Shown piece after piece: positions 39,862 to 51,653 of a stretch of 64,000 nucleotides of DNA (position 1 is the stretch's first letter; each line of letters opens with the position of its first letter). Position numbers and translations under genes: made by a program. Location of the stretch: NCBI RefSeq assembly GCF_009914755.1, contig NC_060928.1; one strand, 5' to 3'. The DNA is from the human T2T-CHM13v2.0 reference genome, Homo sapiens. The notes beneath the pieces are model-generated. The model had not been told where the DNA came from. It ran no database searches and worked only from the letters and a program-made list of their open reading frames with translations.

Positions 39862-42644
39862 GAGTTTGAGAATGGAGAAGCTGCTGCAACAGGGCCCATG
39901 GCGGACACCCAGGACAACTTGCCCAATGACATTAGAGTGTCTAGCCTGGACTGCCATGAGGCCTTCTGCCTGCTGTCACCCACAGAGCACCTCTTCTATC
40001 CCCACCACCTGTCCCATGCCCCCTGGTATGGAGGCCTGGCTGGGCTGCTACAGGCCTCCCCTGAGGCCCCCTACATCTATCCTCTGCTCAGCTGCCGCTT
40101 CTGTGCCCAGGACCCCGACCAGCTGTGCCAGCGTGCCTTGGCCAAGGGCCTTACCGAGAAGAAGTATCAAGAGAAGTTGAAACAGGTGATCCTAGGAGTG
40201 AGGCCGACCAGGGGCCTCTGGCAGACCTGCAGGGAGCTTATGCTCTCTCTGGAGCTAAGGCTTCGACACTTCAGGCTAGGGAAGGAGGGAATCACCACCT
40301 ATTTCTCTGGGAATTGTACCATGGAAGATGCCAAACTGGCCTAAGACTTTCTGGACTCACAGAACCTCAGATCCTACAACACCTGGCTCTTCAAAGAGGT
40401 CAACGGAGAAGGGAAGCCCGACTATGAGGTGTGGCTGACTTCTGTGCTCTGCACAGAGCCTTCCCTGCACTCCGAGGTGACTTCCAGGCTGAAGAGCTAC
40501 GAATTCCGGGGAAGCCATTTCCAGGTGACCCAGAGGGACTAAGTGTTCATCCTCCAGAAGGCAGTGGAGCAGATGGAGAAAGCCAAGGCATATGCAGCCA
40601 ACGGCTACCAGGGGCAGATGCTGGCCCAGTATACACAGTGCTTCACCCAGGGCTCCATCGAAGCCCACAATAGGGGCTCCTGTTTCTAGAGCCAGGACAA
40701 AAGCCCCATCATGGAGAGTTACAGCGGGTTCATCGCGAGCTGTAACCCTTTGGTTCCCGAGGACAATTTGAAGGTTTCGTAGCCATAGTGAACAAGGCCA
40801 TGAGCGTCAAGTTTGAGCGGCTGGTGGCCAGCGCAGAGCAGCTGCTGAAGGAGCTGCCCTGGCCCCAAGTCTTTGAGAAGGACAAGTTCCTCACCCCCGA
40901 CTTCACCTCCCAGGATGTTCTTGACTTCGCTGGTTCTGGCATCCCTGCTGGCATCAACATCCCCAACTACGATGACCTGAGGTGGATGTAAGGCCTTAAA
41001 AATGTGTTGTTTGTGAACGTACTGGCTGTGGCCTAGGCCATGCAGCAGGATAAGCTCACCTTCCTGGAGGAGAATGACAAGGACCTGTACATCCTCTGGA
41101 GGGGGCCCTCCTTCAATGTGCAGATGGGTCTGAACGAGCTGTTGGGCCATGGCAGCGGCAAGCTCTTCCTGCAGGATGAAAAAGGAGCATTCAACTTTGA
41201 CCAGGAGACAGTGATCAACCCAGAGACTGGAGAGCAGATTCAGAGCTAGTAGCCGAGCAGGGAGACCCGGGACAGCAAGTTCAGCACCATCGACTCCACC
41301 TACGAAGAGTGCCAGGCTGAGAGCATGGGTCTCTTCCTCTGTCTCCCCCGCAAGTGCTGGAGATCTTTGGCTTCCAGGGGGCTGATGTGGAGGACGCGAT
41401 CTATGTGGACTGGCTCCACATGGTTCATTCAGGCTGGGCTACTTGCTCTGGAGTTCTACACACCTGAAGCCTCCAACTGGTGACAGGCCAATATGCAGGC
41501 CCGGTTTCTTATCCTGAGAGACAAGTCTTTGTCTTGTCTTGTCTTGGGTGACAAGTCTTTGGGTGATTCTGAGAAGAGTGGCATGACCTGAATTAATAAT
41601 ATAATGTTGGTTATTCTATTGAAGATAGACTGAAGAGTGGACATAGAAATAGTGAGAGCAGTTAGGAGGTTGCTTCTGTGTTCCAGGCAAAACATGATCA
41701 ATTTATACTGGACAGTAGTGGTGGGGATTGTGTGATGTGAAACTCCTGAGCAAAAGTAAACAGGAGGCTAGTGACGGACTCATTACCATCACTCCCACCA
41801 CAGGCTCTGATGGACACCCGGATGCCAGGGTCCGCCTCGACTGCAGCAAGATCCGGTCTGGGGGCAAACCTGCCCTAGAGGGCTTCCTGCAGAGACTTCA
41901 GGTGCTGAATGAAGTCCACAGGGGGATGTGGCCGGAGAGTGGGCCATGTACAAGCGGTATGAGGCCCCTTGAGTGCTTCCTCACCCTCAGGGACAAGGTA
42001 CGTCAGCGTAAGGAATCTCAGAAGCTCATCGTTCAGCCCAACACTTGCCTTGAAGGCTCAGACGTGCAGCTTCTGGAATTCGAGGCCTCAGCTGCTGGCA
42101 TCATCGGATCCTTCTCCGAGCATTTCCCAGAGGATGGACCCGAGTTGGAGGAGTTACTCACACAGCTGGCCACAGCCGATGCCCGATTCTGGAAGGGCCC
42201 CTGAGGCCCCACCTGGCCAGGCATGAGGAAGATGTGTGGGGCCTCTCCCCCAACTCCATCAAACCAAGGCTTCAAGTGGCCCTCCATTCGCGGGTATATT
42301 TAGGGGCTAGGGGAGGGGGAGGGGCAGGAGCTTGGACGTTGATACTACATCAGCTGAGGGTGGTGACACTAACCCCTTCCATTTGTCAGCACTTTCCAGC
42401 TTTCCAAGTGCTTCCCCTCTGTGATCGCATTTCATCTGCACTGCCATACGTGGAGTGAGCAAGACAGGGTCCACCAGCCCGCCTACCAGATGAGGAAATG
42501 GCAGTTCTGAGAAGTCACTGGTCTAGATCCTGCAGGTGGCTCGTGACAGCTAGGGTTCAAAATGTTCTCACCAAATCCAATGCTCCTCACATATTAATTT
42601 TATAACCAGGCAAATAAATATTAGAGATAACCATCAAATAAATA
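39862..42644 (+). pseudogene. DPP3P1: Processed pseudogene of dipeptidyl peptidase 3
   Basis: Intronless DPP3 homology from MADTQ (ATG 39898) to ARFWKGP, including [21 protein letters not shown] (parent HELLGH) and EECQAE. Multiple stops (40342, 40687, 41034, 41247, 41481) and frameshifts. 3'UTR, AATAAA at 42613, decayed A-tail, TSD aataa(a/g)ctaa(g/a)ta at 39849 and 42645. The P1 numbering is from recall. Confidence 0.93.
41521..41765 (+). repeat. ~245-bp insertion in the DPP3 pseudogene copied from 45465-45688
   Basis: 41549-41765 matches 45465-45688 (about 14 substitutions and 2 small indels by manual count); preceded by stutter acaagtctttgtcttgtcttgtcttggg. Confidence 0.95.
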
Positions 42645-42825
42645 AATAAGCTAAATAATTTTGACTGATTTATTCCATTTACATTTATGACATTTCTCAT
42701 ATATCAACATCATATATATGGATTGATTTCACTTATTTTATATTTTATTTACCCATTCTATCATTAACAACTTTACTGGTTTATTTGTACCCCATTCTTT
42801 GGATATTTTAAAAAATATTTTATTT

Positions 42826-43098
42826 GGCCGGGCGCAGCGGCTCACGCCTGTAATCCCAGCACTCTGGGAGGCCAAGGCGGGTGGATCACGAGGTCAGGAG
42901 ATCGAGACATCCTGGCTAACATGGTGAAACCCTGTCTCTACTAAAAAAATACAAAACAATTAGCCAGGCGTGGTGGCGGGCGCTGCTCGGGAGGCTGAGG
43001 CAGGAGAATGGCATGAACCCGGGAGGCGCAGCTTTCAGTGAGCCGAGATCGCGCCACTGCATTCCAGCTTGGGCGACAGAGCGAGACTCCGTCTCAAA
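42826..43098 (+). mobile_element. Alu (AluY-like) lacking A-tail, with small internal deletion
   Basis: ggccgggcgcagcggctcacgcc...gagatcgagacatcctggctaac...gagactccgtctcaaa, then unique sequence; most of the ctgtagtcccagct segment is missing. Confidence 0.92.
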
Positions 43099-43385
43099 GT
43101 GGCCATTATTTGGTATATTTTTCTTCAGTTCTGAAACAATATAAAAGACTTGCAGAAATTATCTAAGTTTTCAAACATTTACTGTTTCCTTGGATCATTT
43201 TTTCTCAGATTTATTAGATTATTTTTGCTCATTTCTTGAATAAATCCTTTAGTTTTCTGCAGAAGTACCCTGCTTAAACTAACCCTGTAGGTTATATATT
43301 GGATATATTGTTTATATAAGAAACATTTTACCTTATTCTTCTTAAAAGAATTATGTTGTGATTGCAATTAAAATTAAGTTATTTA

Positions 43386-43681
<296 letters not shown>

Positions 43682-43738
43682 AAAATTAAGTTGTTTGAAG
43701 ATAGTACTTTGCTGTTCCTGCTTCCATTATTTCTATGA

Positions 43739-44092
<354 letters not shown>

Positions 44093-44387
44093 CCAATTTT
44101 TGTCTATTCTGTCTTCTCTCTCGCTTTTCACCTTTCAGGATGCTTTAAAGATTTTCTCTTTACCTTTGGTTTTTGAAGTTACATTAGGATATATCTGGCT
44201 TCAAATTTCATCTTATCATTCTTGGGATTCACTGAGTTAATAGAATGTAAAAATTGATTTCATTCAATCATGTGTAAGACTGTCATTTTCTCCTTCAAAT
44301 ATTCATCTTTAAGGGTTAAATTTCTTTGGATATAATGACCATTTTTAATATACAATTATAGTTTAGGTTCATTTGAGCAAATTTTAG

Positions 44388-44756
<369 letters not shown>

Positions 44757-44989
44757 TAACATTTCAGTATATGCAATTGTTTATTTTATTTATGACAATT
44801 CAATACAAAAATATTTTAGGCTATACATATAAAAATATATTTTAGGCTATATATTGACGAATAGTAAATAAAAGTGATTTTACAATAAAACTGTAGTGAT
44901 CCCATAGTATTATATCTGAAATCCTATTTAATCAAGTATCTTTTACATCCTTAAATCATTTCCAGCTACCCACTTTAATACTTTATTAT

Positions 44990-45720
44990 TAAGATGTGAT
45001 AATGATTAAAAGAGGCAAAAAATTCTTGCCCTCACAGAGCTTACAATCTATTTGGAGAAAACCAAAACCAAATAACATAAAATAGTAAATATTTAGTATT
45101 TTGTAATATCATTAATGCTAGGGATAAAACGTGTAGGTGAGAAAGTATATAGACTATCTAGGTTTGTTGTGTAAAGTAAAGTATTCATTAGAGTATCCAG
45201 GAAAGATTTTCATGAGAAGATGTTTTGATGAAGACATGAATCAGACACCATTCATGTGAATACCTGGAGGAAAACCATGCCAGAAAGAGAACCGCCTGTA
45301 TAAAATTCCAAAGTGGCAGCATGCCATGGAGAAGAAGCTAGAGTGCTGGCATGATGTAGGAATGAGGAGAGCATTTGGGATTGTCATCAAATGGCTGCAA
45401 AGGGTCACCTTATACTGAAATACGGAAGTCCTAGTAAGGATTTACCTTTTTACTACGAAGGAAATGACAAGTCTTTGGGTGATTTTGAGAAGAGTGGCAT
45501 GACGTGAATTAATAATATAATGTTGGCTACTCTGTTGAAGATAGACTGAAGAGTGGACAAACATAGAAATGGTGAGACCAGTTAGGAGGTTGCTTCTATG
45601 TTCCAGGCAAAACATGATCAATTTATACTGTAAAGTAGCAGTGGGGATTGTGCGATGTGGTGAAACTCCTGAGGAAAAGTAAACAGGAATTGCAGACAGT
45701 ATGGGTGTGAATAACTCAGA
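44990..45720 (-). mobile_element. L2 fragment (donor of the DPP3-pseudogene insertion)
   Basis: ttgccctcacagagcttacaatcta...gagaccagttaggaggttg typical of the L2 reverse strand. Confidence 0.65.
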
Positions 45721-46659
45721 CTGGGAAAAGAGAGTGTTAAGAATGGGAAAGGAAATATCAAGAGATCATATTCATAGGTAAATGCTATTCATATTTCTAC
45801 TCATTTAATTATAAATACGTGAACATGAAATGCTGTGTCAAAAGATATGTACATTTAAAATATTTTGCTGTCTATTGTCAAATAACTTTTCAGTATAACT
45901 TCTACTAAATTATGCATTCCTGAGAAGCACATGTAACTATTTTTCTTCACACTCTTGAATACTAGTATTCCTCTTTTTCAATTGCTGTAAATTTTATGAC
46001 TAAAAGTACATCTGAACATTGATATAATATGCTCTTTAATTAGAATAAATCAGTTGGGTTTTAAGCAAACTTAATTAAAAATACTTGAGTAAAATACCAC
46101 ACAGTTTGATTTCTCCCTGCTCTCTACATTAATCTTTATTATAACTTGCTGCCCATGTTTTTCATTTGTCATTTCCTGCCTACAGGACATTTAAATTCTC
46201 TTACAAGTTTTGGGGATTCTCTATTATGTTCCTTGAACATTGGAACCTGAAAGGAGAATATTCTCTGTATTTCCATTGTCTGGCAGACAGGAATTGGTAG
46301 CTTGCATTTTTTGAAATAGTCTCTCTTGCCAACAATTCAGGTTCTCGATTGAGTGACTCAACTGGAAAGAGAGAATAAGTTGTATTTGCAACATGTATTG
46401 AACATGGTACACAAGCATGGGTAAGGAGCCTTGACTAAGTGCTTTAAATAGTGAAGTCCTACAGACATACTGAATGTGGCCCTATTTAAAAGCTACTTCT
46501 CCAGCCTTTAGTAATTCTCTTCCACCCTTCATATTTATAAAATAATCCCATTCTTTGCTTCCTTCAGCCAGAGTTGCTAGTATGCGAGAACTCTGACTGG
46601 TATTAACTGCAATCTCTATTAGGCTCAAAATAATTATTGTACATTGTTGTTGCTTAATA

Positions 46660-47005
46660 CTTTAATAGAGCAAGAATATTGTTATTTGCCTTTCTCCGTG
46701 GTCCAGGATATGTAACCCTCCTGCTCCCAAATATCACCCAAGTATCTGAAAGTGAGCTCACTGCAACCTTGGCGTTATCAGTACTGCACAGAGCCCTCTT
46801 CAGCTGCATAAACACTATCTATAAAACCCCAGCAAGCCTTTGTTCTTTGCAGTTAGCCCCTTGTCTGCTGATCCTGCTCATTGCCTCCTCACAAAATATT
46901 TTCGTAGTTTCTCTAATAAATCTACTTTTCTATAACTAAAACTGTCTTGGTAAATTCTTTTACCTCCGCACCACCAGCCCAGATAGTTGTCACTCTTCCA
47001 TGACA
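46660..47005 (+). mobile_element. ERV1-type solo LTR fragment
   Basis: TATAAAA box, ctctaataaatc poly-A signal, U5-like actgtcttggtaaattctttt, ends ...tgaca. Subfamily not assigned. Confidence 0.65.
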
Positions 47006-48349
47006 ACAAATGCACAGGAAATTTAAAGTAACTAATAACCCTTCATATATTTTATTTAAAGATTACTTTTCAAGATTTTATCTTTGTCATTTGCACTCTT
47101 TGTCAGAAAAATAATCAAGGAGTATCAAAATCAAGTCTTGGGTGGGAGGTTATTTTATTTAGATTATTTTGGGTCATTCTACATATTTTCAATGACAATT
47201 TACTCATTTTTAATTTCTTATTTTAAGGTATATGGCACATGTATATGAAAATTTTGCATGGAAGTTAAATGTTATGATTTACGTGGATCAGAGTATCTCA
47301 TTGTTTCCACAAAATATTTTTTCCCAGTATAAAATTTTATATCTTGCATTGGTAAGTACTATTTCAATTCCAAGTGACTAAAAACAACTTTAACTGGGTG
47401 AGACCGAAGCAAACAAGCAAGCAAGAAAGCAAACAAACAAACAATTACCCTGAGGGGTCAGGGTAATTTATGGTTGAGATGTCATGTAAACGAAAGTTGA
47501 GCAGGAAGCTTCTGGATAAGGAAATTTGCAGCTGAGCATCTAACATCCAAAATTAGGGCTGGAGAATGTTTGGGTTTTGGGTTTTCCTATTCAATTGGGA
47601 TCTCCACTCCTTGCTGAAGGTCTTTTCACTGTCATTTCTTGCTATACACTAGCTTCCTATATCTCATGGAAAATTGGTCTACCAAAAGCTGGCAATATTT
47701 AGAGTCTAGCCACTCTGAGTAACATACAAATCAATTATCCCTTGGCCTTCAAGATCAAGAATCCTGAAGACAGAACAAACTCTGCTAATGTTCAGGAAAG
47801 ATCACATGCATATAAAATATTTTTTAAATTTTGATGTTATCTACAACTTAGTAAATCCGGAAATGATTATTATAATGCAATTACTATTAACTTATACTGT
47901 CTCTAACACTGTAGTATAACATATATGCTGTGTATTTTAGGCAGGGCCTGAGTGTGAATTTTCCAATAGATTAGTTAAAAAGAAAATTTCATAAAATACT
48001 GTTCATTTTTTAAAATCCTATAAATGCTTAATATAGTGTCTAGCACAGAGAAGATTCTCAATAAAATGTAGAAAATTCTGAATAATTAATTTTGCTAAAA
48101 GTCCATTCAACTAAAATTTGATTTTCATAATACTGAATATAATCTGGTTAGAGTTCATTCAAGCTTCAGCTGATTATACATCCACTTAATTTGTATTCCT
48201 GAAAAGTTTTATCTCCCACAAAGTTTTGCTTTTCCTGTCTGCATTCCCTAGAATTAAACTTCTCTGTTCTCAGACTCTGAAGGCTGGGATCAAGACTAAA
48301 CTTATTTCATTGAAAGCAGGAGTATTCAATTAATTGGTTGGATCAGAGA

Positions 48350-49110
48350 TGTCGATGAAAAGAGTAAAACTCTGTAAAATATTTGAAGAGATTTATTCTG
48401 AGCCAAATATGAGTTACCAAGGCCCATGACATAGCCCTCAGAAGGTCCTGAGAACATGTGCCAAGGTGGTCAGGGTACAGCTTGGTTTTATATATTTTAG
48501 GGAGGCATGAGACATCAAACAAATACATTTGAGAAATACATTGGTTTGGTTCAGAAAGGCAGGACAACTAAAAGCGGGGGCTTCCAGGCTATTGGTAAAT
48601 TTAAACATTTTCTGGTTGACAATTGGTTGAGTTTATCAGAAGATCTGAAATTAATGGAAGGAAATGTTCAGGTTAAGATAAAGGATTGTGGAGACCTAGT
48701 TTTATTGTGCAGAGGAATCTCTCAGATAGCAGACTTCAGAGAGAGAGCAGGTTGTAAAATGTTCCTTATCTGACCTAAAAGGGTTCCTGGCTCTTAATTG
48801 ATTGATTATCTCCTGGATCTGGAAAGAAAGGAAGAAAAACAAATGGGGAAGAGGATTCTCTAAAGAATGTGGATTTTTCCCACAAAAGACTTTGCAGGGC
48901 AATTTCAAGGTATGGCAAGGCAATATGCTTTGGGGCTAAATATTTTTTCCTTGTCTTATAATGTTATGCCAGACTCAGATTGAAAAGTAAGTCACAATAT
49001 GTAGGGTCAAATAAAACGCATCTGATGAGAATTTCTGGTTTGTAGGGCATAAATCCCTGGATCCCTTAAGTAGGAATTTGGACAAGATAAAAAACAGAGC
49101 TTACTCCTCA
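48350..49110 (-). mobile_element. 3' LTR (MER4D/E-like)
   Basis: Minus strand starts TGAGGAGTAAGCTCTG and ends GAATAAATCTCTTCAAATATTTTACAGAGTTTTACTCTTTTCATCGACA. Confidence 0.9.
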
Positions 49111-49429
49111 GTCTCCCCTCTTGGCCAAAAAGCATTCCAAAGAATGCATATGCAGGCCAACAAAACAGAAACATGTCCCATGGCACTAGGAGGCTCATTC
49201 CTAGAGTTGTCTGATCTAGTTATATGCAAGATTCCAGAGCACTAGGAAGGCTCATTCCTAGAGTAGTCTGGTTGATGGGAATAGTTTTAAATATTTGCAA
49301 GTTGGGTCATGGAGAGAGGACACAAAATGACCTAATGTAACAGTCAATAGTTCAAGGGGTGAGATGGAGTCAGGCTAGGGTTTAGTCTATAAAAAAATCC
49401 CACATCATCTCTATTTTGTGAGCTATTAT

Positions 49430-50727
49430 GATCCAAGTCTTTAATCGTGCCTTCTTCCTTTTGCTATATCTGGCATAACATTTACAAGAGATATATAATG
49501 CTAATACAGTTACAAATACCATAAAGATAGCAAGGATTAGTGTCCAAGAAGGTTATAGGTAGAGTCAGAGGGCAGTAAACAACCTAACCAGCTAAAAAAA
49601 CCACTGCATGCATCATCGTATTCTTTGATCAGACTCACAATGTGTTTACCCTCTTTATCAAGGGTCATTTGAACCTTATGATACATCTTATTTGAGGATT
49701 GTAGGACTGACACTAAATCAGAATCCAATAAATTTAATCTCTCTTCCTGCCAATTTATCTCCATAGGTATAATATTCTGAGGAGGGAAAAATCAAATGCA
49801 AGGAAAGCCTGGTCCTCAAGTATAAATTGTCATGGGACCTGTTAGCAGTAGACAAATCTATTTTCTCCATCACTTTTTTATTGCACCATATACTGGTATT
49901 TGGGAGATAAAAGGAGGTATTGTCACAGGAGGAGTCATATAATTCTGCAGTATCCTTTTGTTGCCTTGCCCAACAGAAGCAGCCCTTCCCGATATGCCAG
50001 ATGCTATGTCCCATGGGAGTGGATATTAGAGGCAAAATTTGGGAAAAATCAGGGTTCCAAGTGGTTTGAGGCATAGCCATTCTCCTTTTCTGTTTTAACA
50101 ATCTGAAAAGTATGTGGGATGCCATGTGTTATTACCAGCTAAAATAGCACATCTGTTTCCCAGGCAGAGTATTCTTGTGTGGTTTATAATAGTCCCAGTG
50201 CCTGCCAGTTGGACAACAGACTGCCTTTCAGCCTCATTTAACTTCGGTGTCTGTGCTCTGAGAATACAATGTTTAAGGTCACATCTACCATCCAAAAATC
50301 TCCATAAGTTTGGGGGACCATATATTTTACACAGGTGTTTGGATTGTGCCTCAGTACTGAGGATCATAGGCCATTGCATTGTAGCCACCTCAGATTCCAT
50401 TTGCAATAAAATAGAAATGAGCCACTGTTCAGTAAAAGGACATGCTCAGCTGGGCGTGGTGGCTCACACCTGTAATCCCAGCACTTTGGGAGGCCGAGGT
50501 GGGCAGATCGCAAGGTCAGGAGATCAAGACCATCCTGGTTAACACGGTGAAACCCCGTCTCTACTAAAAATACAAAAAATTAGATGGGCGCGGTGGTGGG
50601 CACCTGTAGTCCCAGCTACTCAGGAGGCTGAGGCAGGAGAATAGCATGAACGCAGGGGGCAGAGCTTGCAGTGAGCTGATATTGCACCACTGCACTCCAT
50701 CCTGGGTGACAGTGCGAGACTCCCTGT

Positions 50728-50766
<39 letters not shown>

Positions 50767-51650
50767 CATGCTCATTCCCATCTTTGAGTTCAGGAGTATG
50801 TTTTCATGGTTTGTCTGGTTTCTTCTATCTATTTGATGAGTGCTGCATTATCTTTTAAATATATCCACTGACTGGTTAGGTTGTTTCCTGCCCTCTGACT
50901 CTACTTATAGCCTTCTTGGATGCCTAATCTTTGTTGTTGTTATGGTATTTGTCACTGTATTAGCATTATATATGTCTTGTAAACGTTATGCCATTATTAC
51001 TTCTATCCATTTGATGAGTGCTGTATTATCTTATAAATCTTTTCACTTCCCATCTTTTTCCCTCTTCCTGGAATAGCATTTCTTCTATGTGGCCCTTTTT
51101 TGATAGGGATTTTTTTTCTAAAGAAAGTCTCTCTTTATTAGTCATGAGCTCAGCTTGCCCCAGTATGCCTAGCCCTGCTCCAATTCCTTCAGTGAGGTCA
51201 TGCTTTAGGTTTTTTTGGGTGGCCAATTTTGGTGTATCCACTAGGAATTATGTTGCCATTGTACACTGTTGGCATTTGTACAATTTGGATAAATGGAACC
51301 AATCCAGAACCGTTGGGTATCCCAAACAATTGTTAAGTGGGTGGAGATTACCCTTGTCTGGGTATTCCAAAAGGCTTCCCAGAGGCACCCTGGTCTTAGA
51401 GTGGAAATTGTGCTGTCAGGGACCTCTGTCCAAAATTAACTCCCATAAATAGTTCTTTATGGGCAGTGTCAGTGTGGTTGGTGCTGGATAGGTGCATCCA
51501 GCTGCAAGCACAGGGCAGGTGGTTATTTAGCAGGCCATGCTATGGCAGTTTACACAGGAGGTAGCTAGATTTTTCCCATTATAACCGGGCAATTGTCTCA
51601 ACTGATCATCCCTAATATCTATTGTTATGCAACAGTCTACCTGGTTAGAC
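49430..51650 (-). pseudogene. Degraded env-like region
   Basis: Lies between the pol remnant and PPT; Cys/Trp-rich fragments (GCFCWARQQK) and a hydrophobic TM-like segment near 49480-49590; many stops. Confidence 0.5.
50448..50760 (+). mobile_element. Alu (AluY/Sc-like) inserted in provirus
   Basis: Full dimer, long A-tail, TSD ag(g/a)acatgctca. Confidence 0.95.
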
Positions 51651-51653
51651 CCC

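Noticed and set aside
41521-41765. Insertion as a retained or newly gained intron
   Set aside because: No GT at the left boundary, and it is explained by a local donor at 45465-45688.
39898-42226. Functional DPP3 retrogene
   Set aside because: Multiple stops and frameshifts, HELLGH changed to NELLGH, and a 245-bp disrupting insertion.
44808-44855. Small tandem duplications (also 27780, 28738, 57454)
   Set aside because: Ordinary slippage-scale events with no further structure.
49430-51650. Co-opted env (syncytin-like) gene
   Set aside because: Longest fragments are about 135 aa, interrupted by stops, an Alu and an inversion.
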